A stretch of DNA of 37,170 nt. Origin: a virus. Taxonomy: Duplodnaviria > Caudoviricetes. The stretch's first letter is position 1. Every line of letters starts with the position of its first letter. Location of the stretch: positions 1-37,170 of IMG/VR virus record IMGVR_UViG_3300025723_002011; one strand, 5' to 3'. Position numbers and translations under genes: made by a program. Below the pieces are notes generated by a model. That model did not search any database. It was not told where the DNA came from and saw only the letters and a program-made list of their open reading frames with translations. Shown one piece after another: positions 1-8,297 of this stretch.

Positions 1-7
1 AAATCCT

Positions 8-364
8 TTGGAGTCCACAGCAAAATTTTGGGCCAACGCTCCCATGATTGCTCATCATCACAAAGTGGATCCTTACGATTTCAAACATTGGCCCACTCCT
101 TGGGATATAATAGTGGAAAATCGCTATGATGACTTCACTCTGGCTTTGATGATTGGATACACTCTCAAGCTCAGCGAACCATTCAAAAATCACCAAATTG
201 AGGTTAGAACGATGGTTGATTATTCTAAAACAAAGTTATATAATTTAGTCTTTGTAAATGGCATAGATATTTTAAACTACACGCCAGGCGAGGTAGTTAA
301 TACCCAAGACATTGATCAAACGCTTTATCTGGAAAATATGGTTCAAGTCATTTTTCCAAGGTAA
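8..364 (+). CDS. Hypothetical phage protein, probably 5'-truncated by the window edge
   Basis: Open frame from the window start (TTG at 8) ending just before nrdA; no family recognised. Confidence 0.6.
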   Translation: MESTAKFWANAPMIAHHHKVDPYDFKHWPTPWDIIVENRYDDFTLALMIGYTLKLSEPFKNHQIEVRTMVDYSKTKLYNLVFVNGIDILNYTPGEVVNTQDIDQTLYLENMVQVIFPR

Positions 365-412
365 ATATCATCGCGTCAGTATAGTTTATTAAAATAATAA
401 AAGGTCGAAGTA

Positions 413-1357
413 ATGATCACAGTGGTTAAACGTAACGGAGAAAGAGTACCGTTAGACATTTCAAAAATCCAAAGACAGGTGGCGTATGATTGTAGAGGAA
501 TTGACAGCGTGAGTCCGTCAATGATTGAGATCAAAGCCCAGTTGGAACTGCATGATGGAATGAGTACCAAGACCATAGATGAATTGTTGCTCAAGGCCAT
601 GGTAAATTTAATTGACGAAAATGAAAACCCCGAGATCAACAACACCAATTATCAGTATGTGGCGGGCAGGCAAAGAGTCAGCATGCTGCGAAAAGAAGTT
701 TACGGAACCTACACACCTCCAAAACTTTTCTCAATTGTGAAAAAAAATATCGAACTTGGCATGTATACTCCTGCTCTTTTAGAATGGTATACCGAAGACG
801 AATGGAATATCATTGATCTTTTTATAGATCACAGCAAGGACGAAGATTATACCTATGCAGCTATCGCACAGCTGACAGAAAAATATCTAGTGCAAAATCG
901 TGCCACTGGTCAGGTTTTTGAAACTCCCCAAGTGCGATACGCTGTTGCAGCCGCCACAGCGTTCCATGCCGAGCCCAAAGATGCTAGATTGAAATTGGTC
1001 AAAGAATATTATGAATGTGCCAGCGACGGCCATTTTACCTTGGCCACTCCTGTGCTTGCCGGATTGGGAACCACTACCAAACAATTTTCCAGCTGCGTTT
1101 TAATCAGCAGTGACGATACTTTGGACAGCATCTTTGCAGCCGGCGAAATGATGGCCAAATATGCATCAAAACGAGCCGGAATTGGTCTGGAAATAGGCAG
1201 AATACGACCCTTAGGGGCGCCAATTCGCAATGGCGAGATCAAACATACAGGACTAGTGCCCTTTTTAAAGAAATGGTTCGCAGATCTACGTAGTTGTTGT
1301 GTAACTCCTGACACTTGGGTAGAAATTATAGACGAAGGAGATTCTGAGGATAAGTAA
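413..1357 (+). CDS. nrdA: Ribonucleotide reductase class Ia alpha subunit, N-terminal part (ATP cone), fused to a 19-aa N-intein
   Basis: ATP cone MITVVKRNG..; ETPQ, TLATPVLAG, QFSSCVLI, SKRAGIG, HTGLVPFLK motifs. RNR similarity stops at DLRSC and is followed by CVTPDTWVEIIDEGDSEDK*. Confidence 0.95.
   Translation: MITVVKRNGERVPLDISKIQRQVAYDCRGIDSVSPSMIEIKAQLELHDGMSTKTIDELLLKAMVNLIDENENPEINNTNYQYVAGRQRVSMLRKEVYGTYTPPKLFSIVKKNIELGMYTPALLEWYTEDEWNIIDLFIDHSKDEDYTYAAIAQLTEKYLVQNRATGQVFETPQVRYAVAAATAFHAEPKDARLKLVKEYYECASDGHFTLATPVLAGLGTTTKQFSSCVLISSDDTLDSIFAAGEMMAKYASKRAGIGLEIGRIRPLGAPIRNGEIKHTGLVPFLKKWFADLRSCCVTPDTWVEIIDEGDSEDK
1298..1354 (+). mobile_element. Split intein N-fragment (IntN, 19 aa)
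   Basis: CVTPDTWVEI matches intein block A (C-x-x-x-D-T-x-V) and ends in an acidic tail before the stop at 1355-1357. Confidence 0.88.
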
Positions 1358-1385
1358 TAGTTTTTCGCATACCAGCATAAATACT

Positions 1386-2495
1386 ATGGAGGTATGCGAA
1401 ATGCTAGATTATCTAAATGAATCATATAATGGATCAATAACAAATATGCTAACAAATTCTGCTTATTATTGTTATACTTTAAAAGACGCCAAAACTGGAA
1501 AGTTTTATTCGGGGTCTCGTGGAGTAGAAGGCAGCAATAAGCACGATTTGCTGGTAAAATATTTTACTAGTTCAACTGTAGTAGATTTTAAAGAAAAACT
1601 AAAAAAGTTCCCCTATACATTTGAATACCGAGTGGAATATTTTAAGACTAGGAGTGATGCCTTTGTCGCAGAAAAAGCGTTTCATCAAAAGCATCAAGTT
1701 GGTAGAAATCCTAGTTTTTTAAATTCTCTTACTGCCGGCGGAACAAACTGCGGAGCAGGTTCGGTTTTGTGTAAAGATATAGAAGGCAACACATATCGAG
1801 TGTCAGTAGAAGAATTTGCTACAGGAAACCATATGCATGTTTCAAAAGGCATGATGAACATTCGAACAGAATTAGGGATTAAAAAGATATTTACTACTGA
1901 CTTTGATCCTAATATTCACTCTACTGAATTTAAAGATTATGTCTTAGCATTGGATACTGTTACTGAGAAAACTTGTAGAATTCCAAAATCTGAGTTTGAT
2001 AGTGACAGCAGGTATGTAGGAATAACAAAAGGATTAGTAGTTGCGTATGACACCGTTACTAAATCAAGAGTATCTATTACCAAAGATAAATTTAAAAATT
2101 CAAATGGTAGATATGTAGGAAACACGTTTGGTCTAGTACCGGTAGTAGATAAGATCACCGGTGAACGGAAACTAGTGAAAAAAGAACACTACGATAAAAA
2201 GTTATATGAGCATCATAATACCGGGAATGTAGCAGTTTACTCAATTCCTAAAAGAAAAAATGTTACAATAAGCAAAGAAGAATATCAAACAAATTCGAAT
2301 GACTATGCTAATTTAGCCACTAAAGTTTTCTACAAAGTAGACGGTAAGTTTTTTAAGTCAAAAGATTTACTAGATCAATATTACAGAAAAACTAGAGGTA
2401 AAACAGTATTAAAGGTCAGCCAATTTGAAATGTCTACTAAGTTTAACGACATTGAAACAATAACAAAAGAAGATTATGAAAATAGTAAAAACTAA
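1386..2495 (+). CDS. Free-standing GIY-YIG/Seg-like homing endonuclease with a repeated C-terminal putative DNA-binding module (likely start ATG 1401)
   Basis: YYCYTLKD..KFYSGSR (GIY-YIG variant), YFTSS, AFVAEKAFHQ..FLN; degenerate ~30-aa repeats (DTVT..RYVG). GGAGG at 1388-1392 suits ATG 1401. Lies between the nrdA halves. Confidence 0.75.
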   Translation: MEVCEMLDYLNESYNGSITNMLTNSAYYCYTLKDAKTGKFYSGSRGVEGSNKHDLLVKYFTSSTVVDFKEKLKKFPYTFEYRVEYFKTRSDAFVAEKAFHQKHQVGRNPSFLNSLTAGGTNCGAGSVLCKDIEGNTYRVSVEEFATGNHMHVSKGMMNIRTELGIKKIFTTDFDPNIHSTEFKDYVLALDTVTEKTCRIPKSEFDSDSRYVGITKGLVVAYDTVTKSRVSITKDKFKNSNGRYVGNTFGLVPVVDKITGERKLVKKEHYDKKLYEHHNTGNVAVYSIPKRKNVTISKEEYQTNSNDYANLATKVFYKVDGKFFKSKDLLDQYYRKTRGKTVLKVSQFEMSTKFNDIETITKEDYENSKN

Positions 2496-2886
2496 AAAAA
2501 TTCAAATTAAAGACCTAGCAGTAGGTATGAAGATTAAGAGTAAAGACGAAACAGGCACGATTGTTTTTAAAACAATTACCAATAAATGGGAAACTGTTGT
2601 CAAACAAGAAGACCAAGTTCGATTGGAATTTGAAAATGGTGTAGTACTAAATTGTTCCGTAAATCATCCAATAATGTGCCTGGATCAGACGGGATCATTT
2701 GTTCAAAAATTACCAAAGACTATTAACACTGAAGATCGAGTATTAACCGAAGGAGGATTCACTAGGTTATTAACTGCTGACTTTGTGCAAGACAATGATG
2801 AAAATTATATCGATATCACGGTAGAAGATACTCACACATTTTTTGCATCTTCTAATAAAGAAGGCCCAATGGTTCTGACTCACAAT
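2476..2886 (+). mobile_element. Split intein C-fragment (IntC, 137 aa, no endonuclease domain)
   Basis: Basic N-terminus MKIVKTKKIQIKDL, block B CSVNHPI, block F YIDITVEDTHTFF, block G LTHN followed by Ser+1 (AGC 2887-2889). Confidence 0.9.
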
Positions 2887-4332
2887 AGCCAAGGTGGCAT
2901 ACGTAATGCCAGTTGCACTGTGACATTTCCAATTTGGCATGCTCAATTTGAAGATTTGATTGTGTTGAAAAACAATCAAGGAACCGAAGAAAACCGTGTG
3001 CGACAAATGGATTATTCAGTAGTGGTATCATCACTGTTTTGGCGCCGTTACAAAAACAATGAAAATATAACATTGTTTGATCCGCATGAGGTTCCTGATC
3101 TTTACGAGGCCTATTATAGAGACAGTAAGGAATTTGAGAAACTTTATCATTTTTACGAACAGGATAAGTTTGTCAAGAAGAAAGTGGTTTCTGCTGAAGA
3201 AATCTTTAAAAATGGAATACTCAAAGAACGAACAGATACTGGCAGGATTTATCTTGTCAATATTGACAATGTGATTAATCAAGGACCCTTTAATACCTTG
3301 ACTGATCCTATATATCAAAGTAATCTCTGCCAAGAAATCTTGTTGCCCACTCGTCCATTCCAACGTATTGAAGACGAAAACGGCAGGATCTCTCTTTGCA
3401 CTCTTGGATCAATCAATTGGGGAGCTTTTACCAGTCCTCAACAGATGCGCAAGGCCTGTCGAGTGCTGGTTCGTAGTTTGAGCAATCTTTTGAGCTATCA
3501 AGACTTTCTATCTGTGCAAAGCCAATTGGCCAATCAAGATTTTGAACCACTAGGAGTTGGCATCACCAATCTGGCCTATTGGCATGCACGCCGCAATCTC
3601 AAATATGGTGAATCATCTGCTCTCAAAGAAGTCAAACGATGGATGGAGCATCAGGCTTTTTATCTTACCGAAATCAGTGTGGAACTGGCACAGGAGCGAG
3701 GATCCTGCAAACGCAGTCAACATACCTATTACGGACAAGGAATATTTCCTTGGGAAAGGCGTAACCCAAATGTGGACGAACTTACCAATTTTGAACCCAG
3801 CGGCAATTTGGACTGGGAAAATTTGCGGGTTAACATGAAACAGTACGGCATACGCAATGCTACTCTAATGGCCATTGCTCCTGTAGAATCCAGTTCAGTA
3901 GTACTTAACAGTACCAATGGTATTGAAATGCCTATGGAATTGATCAGTGTCAAGGAAAGCAAAGCGGGCAGCTTTGTCCAGGTAGTGCCGGAATACAAAC
4001 GTCTAAAGAATAGATATCAATTGATGTGGAATCAAAAGGACTGTGTGGAATACTTGAAAACGGCTGCAGTGTTAGCTGCCTATATTGATCAAAGCATTTC
4101 TACCAATACCTTTTATTCTCCGGCACATTTCAAGGACGGTAAGATTCCAGGCACGCTGATCGCCAAAAATTTAATGTTGGCCTATCGTTGGGGGTTGAAA
4201 ACCATCTACTACAGTTTAATAAGTAAAACTGGCAGCAAGAATATTTTGAATACACACAGCGAAGTTACAAAGGTCATCGTTCCTATTAAATCAATCGAGG
4301 ATGAGGATTCATGCGAATCCTGTAAACTATAA
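2476..4332 (+). CDS. nrdA: C-intein (137 aa) fused to the C-terminal part of RNR class Ia alpha subunit
   Basis: After VLTHN the protein resumes SQGGIRNASCTVTFPIWH; catalytic SNLCQEI, LCTLGSIN, AIAPVESSS, KTIYY and C-terminal CESCKL are present. Confidence 0.95.
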   Translation: MKIVKTKKIQIKDLAVGMKIKSKDETGTIVFKTITNKWETVVKQEDQVRLEFENGVVLNCSVNHPIMCLDQTGSFVQKLPKTINTEDRVLTEGGFTRLLTADFVQDNDENYIDITVEDTHTFFASSNKEGPMVLTHNSQGGIRNASCTVTFPIWHAQFEDLIVLKNNQGTEENRVRQMDYSVVVSSLFWRRYKNNENITLFDPHEVPDLYEAYYRDSKEFEKLYHFYEQDKFVKKKVVSAEEIFKNGILKERTDTGRIYLVNIDNVINQGPFNTLTDPIYQSNLCQEILLPTRPFQRIEDENGRISLCTLGSINWGAFTSPQQMRKACRVLVRSLSNLLSYQDFLSVQSQLANQDFEPLGVGITNLAYWHARRNLKYGESSALKEVKRWMEHQAFYLTEISVELAQERGSCKRSQHTYYGQGIFPWERRNPNVDELTNFEPSGNLDWENLRVNMKQYGIRNATLMAIAPVESSSVVLNSTNGIEMPMELISVKESKAGSFVQVVPEYKRLKNRYQLMWNQKDCVEYLKTAAVLAAYIDQSISTNTFYSPAHFKDGKIPGTLIAKNLMLAYRWGLKTIYYSLISKTGSKNILNTHSEVTKVIVPIKSIEDEDSCESCKL

Positions 4333-4341
4333 GGATATAAC

Positions 4342-5436
4342 ATGAGTAAAGGTCAATACGATTTAACAAATAAAACCAATTACCTCAAGAGAAAAATGTT
4401 TCTTGACGGGGCAGTCACTGTTCAGCGATTTGAAGAATTTCGATTTCCCAAGATAGCCAAGTTCGAGGAGTTACAAAGAGGTTTTTTTTGGGTTCCTGAA
4501 GAAATCAGTCTTACCAAAGACAAGATGGATCATAAAGATGCCAGTGATGCAGTCAAACATATTTTTACCAGCAATCTCTTAAGACAAACTGCGTTAGATA
4601 GTATTCAAGGACGCGCTCCTTCGCAGATCTTTAGTCCAGTAGTTAGTGTTCCGGAAATGGAATCTCTTGTCAATGTGTGGAGTTTCTTTGAAACAAACAT
4701 ACACAGCAAGTCCTACAGTCATATCATACGCAATGTGTATGGCGTTCCCAAAGATGAGTTCAACAAAATACACGATACCAAAGAAATCATAGACATGGCG
4801 GCCAACATTGGTCGATATTATGAAGACCTGCATACTTTGAATTGTCGCAAAGAATTGGGAGAAAAGGTTTCTGTGCATGATCATAAACGAGCTATCTGGT
4901 TGGCACTAAACGCCAGCTATGCGCTGGAAGCGTTTAGATTCATGGTCAGTTTTGCTACCAGCCTGGCCATGGTAGAAAATAAAATCTATATCGGTAACGG
5001 CAACATCATCAGCTTGATATTGCAGGATGAATTGTTACACGCCGAATGGACTGCATGGATAATTAACAATGTAGGCAAGGATGATCCTGACTTTGTAAAA
5101 CTGGAACAGGAATGCCGTGACGAAGTTTATGCCATGTACATGGAAGTGATCAAGGAAGAAAAAAGTTGGGCCGATTATCTTTTTAAAAAGGGCGTGGTAA
5201 TTGGACTCAATTCCAATATCCTCAAGGACTTTGTGGATTGGACCGCCTTTACCAGATTGAAGGATATTGGAATCAAATATTTGGAAGAATATCCCAAGTC
5301 AAATCCTATACCTTGGTTCAATAAACATACTCAAATCAATAAAAAACAGAGTGCTTTACAAGAAACTGAATCAACCAATTATGTAGTAGGGGCTATGAGT
5401 TCTGATATTAATTACCATGAACTACCGGATCTCTAA
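4342..5436 (+). CDS. nrdB: Ribonucleotide reductase class Ia beta subunit
   Basis: FFWVPEEISL, LDSIQGR, ETNIHSKSY (radical Tyr), EAFRFMVSF, DELLH, ALQETESTNY. Confidence 0.96.
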   Translation: MSKGQYDLTNKTNYLKRKMFLDGAVTVQRFEEFRFPKIAKFEELQRGFFWVPEEISLTKDKMDHKDASDAVKHIFTSNLLRQTALDSIQGRAPSQIFSPVVSVPEMESLVNVWSFFETNIHSKSYSHIIRNVYGVPKDEFNKIHDTKEIIDMAANIGRYYEDLHTLNCRKELGEKVSVHDHKRAIWLALNASYALEAFRFMVSFATSLAMVENKIYIGNGNIISLILQDELLHAEWTAWIINNVGKDDPDFVKLEQECRDEVYAMYMEVIKEEKSWADYLFKKGVVIGLNSNILKDFVDWTAFTRLKDIGIKYLEEYPKSNPIPWFNKHTQINKKQSALQETESTNYVVGAMSSDINYHELPDL

Positions 5437-5446
5437 AGGAAAAATA

Positions 5447-5671
5447 ATGAAAGTGATAATTTGGAGCAAAAGTAATTGCAGCTATTGCGAACAGGCAAAA
5501 AGTCTATTAGAAATCAAAGGCATTGAATTTGAGGAAAGAAAGATTGGAGATGGGTATAGCAAGGAAGATCTTTTAGAACAAGTGCCTACGGCACGGTCAG
5601 TTCCTCAAATCTTTATCAACGAAGAGCTGATTGGCGGCTACACAGAACTTAAGTATTTTTTAGCAGATTAA
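5447..5671 (+). CDS. Glutaredoxin
   Basis: CSYC active site, RSVPQIFI..IGGY; start at ATG 5447 after AAGGA. Confidence 0.92.
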   Translation: MKVIIWSKSNCSYCEQAKSLLEIKGIEFEERKIGDGYSKEDLLEQVPTARSVPQIFINEELIGGYTELKYFLAD

Positions 5672-5676
5672 TTTAG

Positions 5677-5823
5677 ATGAAAACACCCCAAGCGCGAGTC
5701 GAAGAAATGGAACAGCAACTGAAGAAACAGGCGCAGGCTCTAAATCTAATTCTGCGTCGTTTGGCTTTTTTAGAACAAGAAAACAGTCGCCGCAAAAATG
5801 ACATTCGTAGGTTGAAACCATGA
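5677..5823 (+). CDS. Small coiled-coil hypothetical protein (48 aa)
   Basis: MKTPQARVEEMEQQLKKQ..RLKP*, read by hand; fills the gap and overlaps the next start (ATGA). Confidence 0.6.
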   Translation: MKTPQARVEEMEQQLKKQAQALNLILRRLAFLEQENSRRKNDIRRLKP

Positions 5824-6209
5824 GTCAACAAGACCTGCTAGAATCATGGCTTGAAAAACACGGGATAAAAATACTTGACAAAAGTAAACGTGCACACATA
5901 TGGACCAAACAAAATGTTGCTTATTTTCAATATTCCCACGACTATAACATGACCAAAGAACTGGCCCCCGAACTGGAAACAGAGAGACTTTATACAGTCG
6001 AAATATCTGAGAGTGAGCTAGAAAGCCTGGCAAAATTTGAAGCACAGGTTTTTAATAATCTGGTGCGCCACGGTCATTTCAATATGTTTGAAGCCCTAAT
6101 GGAACAAAAGAAACAAGAACAGTTGTTTAAGGACAAATACCCGGCCGTGAAAAAAGCATATGAGCACTACAGTCTCATGCTCAAGATGGCCGAAAGTGGC
6201 GAATTATAA
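5820..6209 (+). CDS. Hypothetical protein
   Basis: Operon-coupled ORF; no recognised motif. Confidence 0.7.
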   Translation: MSQQDLLESWLEKHGIKILDKSKRAHIWTKQNVAYFQYSHDYNMTKELAPELETERLYTVEISESELESLAKFEAQVFNNLVRHGHFNMFEALMEQKKQEQLFKDKYPAVKKAYEHYSLMLKMAESGEL

Positions 6210-6217
6210 AAGGAGAT

Positions 6218-6517
6218 ATGATGTTAATCAAAAAATCACATCGTGAAGGTGATGTAGTAAGTGTCAAATTGACCAATGATGGAGAGCTGTTGGCAAGATT
6301 TGAAAGTGATAACGCTGACACCGTTACAGTTTCCAAGCCCATGCGTGTGGTAATTGTGGATCGTGCTGGCAATATTGGATTAATTCCCTGGATCAACACC
6401 GGCGTATGCAACATGGTTGATCTTCCAAAGACACAAATCATTGTGTGTGTTCCTGCCATACAGGACTATGCCGATCAATATATTGAAGGCACCACCGGAA
6501 TAGCGTTGGCCAAGTAA
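6218..6517 (+). CDS. Small beta-rich protein, possibly Sm/LSm-like fold
   Basis: AGGAG RBS; VVSVKLTNDGELLARF..VTVSKP pattern resembles Sm-like proteins of T4-like phages. Confidence 0.55.
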   Translation: MMLIKKSHREGDVVSVKLTNDGELLARFESDNADTVTVSKPMRVVIVDRAGNIGLIPWINTGVCNMVDLPKTQIIVCVPAIQDYADQYIEGTTGIALAK

Positions 6518-6522
6518 TCACA

Positions 6523-7602
6523 ATGTCACTGGCATCTGCAATACATTTGACCCTGCATGAAAAACCTGTTTTACACATAAATCTAGCAGGCTCGTTTACC
6601 ATGCAGGGTATCTTTGATTCATTGCAATCAGCCGTTGCCAATAGCACAAGTACAGGCACTGTGGCCAAGGTGGTGGGTATATCTGTACCCTTGCTGGGTA
6701 TTACCTGCAACACCAAATTTGTGATAGACCCCATAACAGATATTAAAAAAATCGTATCAAGGCTCTATAACTATTTGCTACAATCAATATTGAATCCTGT
6801 TTGGACAGCGCTGTACGCTTTATATAACGCATTAAAAAGATTTGGGTTGGCCATTTTAGATTTAAAACTACCTGTTTTGAATCTTCATATCAGTGATCTG
6901 TTTGATCCCAATTTGTACGAAAAAATCAAAGCTGCGGTAACAGAACTGTATCATAAAGGAAAAGACAAGCTATTGGCCATATTGAAAACATTGGGTATTC
7001 CTTTTCCATTTTTTATCAATATACAAAGTATAGAACTGGAAATTGAAGCCTTGGTAGAAAAAATCTTTTACAGTTTGATGGGACTGTTATTTCAAAAAAT
7101 TGAAAAGATACTCACTATTATTGAAATTGGATTGGAAGCCTATGATCTGATCACTTATGGCATTCCCACATTATCGCTATTGTTGAAAAACCTTATCAAG
7201 ACCGTTTTGGGCAAAATCATCGATCTACTGATCAACCCTCCTACCATACAGCAAATACATGATGCTTTGGTAGCATTTGCTAAAAAACTTTATAACAAAG
7301 CCGAAGTGACCTATCAGGAACTGATCAATGCCATTCAACATTTCAAATTGCCCATAATTGGATTTCCCCTGGATTGGGTATTGCCGATCAACATCAGAGT
7401 CAGTATTCCCAATGTGGATTTTGAAAAACTGTTGACTGACATGAAAAATTACATCAATAATTTCTGTGTCAATCTCATAAAGAAATTCATAAGAGAAATT
7501 GCCAAGATACTGTCCATATTCAATATAAATTTTACCCTTCCCATCATACCCGTTCCTTTTGGGCTTTGTTATGCCAATCAATCCGGCCCTATCCCAAACT
7601 AA
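6523..7602 (+). CDS. Hypothetical Ile/Leu/Pro-rich protein
   Basis: Long ORF with recurring (L/F)KLP motifs; function unknown. Confidence 0.65.
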   Translation: MSLASAIHLTLHEKPVLHINLAGSFTMQGIFDSLQSAVANSTSTGTVAKVVGISVPLLGITCNTKFVIDPITDIKKIVSRLYNYLLQSILNPVWTALYALYNALKRFGLAILDLKLPVLNLHISDLFDPNLYEKIKAAVTELYHKGKDKLLAILKTLGIPFPFFINIQSIELEIEALVEKIFYSLMGLLFQKIEKILTIIEIGLEAYDLITYGIPTLSLLLKNLIKTVLGKIIDLLINPPTIQQIHDALVAFAKKLYNKAEVTYQELINAIQHFKLPIIGFPLDWVLPINIRVSIPNVDFEKLLTDMKNYINNFCVNLIKKFIREIAKILSIFNINFTLPIIPVPFGLCYANQSGPIPN

Positions 7603-7610
7603 ATATTCAT

Positions 7611-7736
7611 GATCCGGCGGGGGTAAACTGTGTAACAGTTGGTTGGGTGCAAGGCTTCAACGAGTCCAAGCGAAGGATGTCAACGCCCCGGGGAATTCGC
7701 TAGGTTGACAGCATCCCTAAATTGCTGCTCTAGATC
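7611..7736 (+). ncRNA. Candidate structured non-coding RNA, family unknown
   Basis: GC-rich intergenic island after TAAATA (7600-7605); stems AACTG/CAGTT, TGTCAAC/GTTGACA, GGATG/CATCC; GATC at both ends. Strand inferred from the promoter motif. Confidence 0.5.
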
Positions 7737-7824
7737 TCTTTCAACATAAATAATTATATTACAGTTTTATTACGAAATGAAGCCGTATAAATATTTTTGT
7801 GATTAACTAACGGAGGTCACTATC

Positions 7825-7926
7825 ATGGCACTATATCTATCAATCACCACCGGCATTATTGTGTGTTCAGTAGGCACCATAGGAGTTTTACTCACTATGA
7901 TATCAATCCATTGTTTTAAAAAATAA
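7825..7926 (+). CDS. Small hydrophobic single-TM protein (33 aa)
   Basis: GGAGG RBS, TATAAATA at 7786-7793; MALYLSITTGIIVCSVGTIGVLLTMISIHCFKK*. Confidence 0.5.
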   Translation: MALYLSITTGIIVCSVGTIGVLLTMISIHCFKK

Positions 7927-7938
7927 CGGTAATATCCA

Positions 7939-7969
7939 TTGCTTTTTGATCATTAAGCTGTTATAAATA
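7939..7969 (+). promoter_or_regulatory. Promoter for tmRNA: TTGCTT-N17-TATAAA overlapping TATAAATA
   Basis: TTGCTT 7939-7944, TATAAATA 7962-7969. Confidence 0.6.
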
Positions 7970-7974
7970 CGCTT

Positions 7975-8260
7975 AATGGTAGTAAACTCTTAGCTAAAAG
8001 CGTTTTGGACGCAACTCATAAACGACGTAAACATTGAACTAAAATCAGTTTGGACCGGGGTTCGATTCCCCGATGCTCCACCAACTATGGGGCATATCGG
8101 TTTCGACAGGCTGCGTAATACACTCAATGCGTCCGAAAGGTGACTGACGTAATCAGCACAAAAAAAAGTAAATGCAAACGATAGCAATTACCACATGGCA
8201 CTAGCCGCCTAATAACGGTGTAGTTTTCCAGAGTTAACCGCTTGGTAACAGAAAGGTTAG
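7975..8260 (+). ncRNA. ssrA: Circularly permuted (two-piece) tmRNA, tag (A)ANDSNYHMALAA; outer ends approximate
   Basis: T-arm CGGGG-TTCGATT-CCCCG (8056-8072) and ATGCTCC-A-CCA (8073-8083) precede the 5' acceptor strand GGGGCAT (8089-8095), giving a 7-bp stem with G3.U; tag frame 8174-8212 ends LAA*. Confidence 0.93.
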
Positions 8261-8289
8261 TAATAGGAGCTTCGGCTCCTATTATTTTT
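8261..8289 (+). terminator. Rho-independent terminator
   Basis: TAATAGGAGC-TTCG-GCTCCTATTA followed by a T run. Confidence 0.9.
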
Positions 8290-8297
8290 ATTTTTCA

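Noticed and set aside
1298-2886. Group I intron or frameshifted nrdA pseudogene
   Set aside because: Both junctions carry protein-splicing motifs (Cys1; His-Asn/Ser+1), and the interval is almost fully coding, leaving no room for a ribozyme core.
8052-8083. Stand-alone tRNA gene or att-site tRNA fragment
   Set aside because: No anticodon arm or upstream acceptor strand; the complementary strand lies downstream with a tag frame, which fits a permuted tmRNA.
7990-8187. 65-aa minus-strand ORF
   Set aside because: It is antisense to the tmRNA, the typical spurious shadow ORF.
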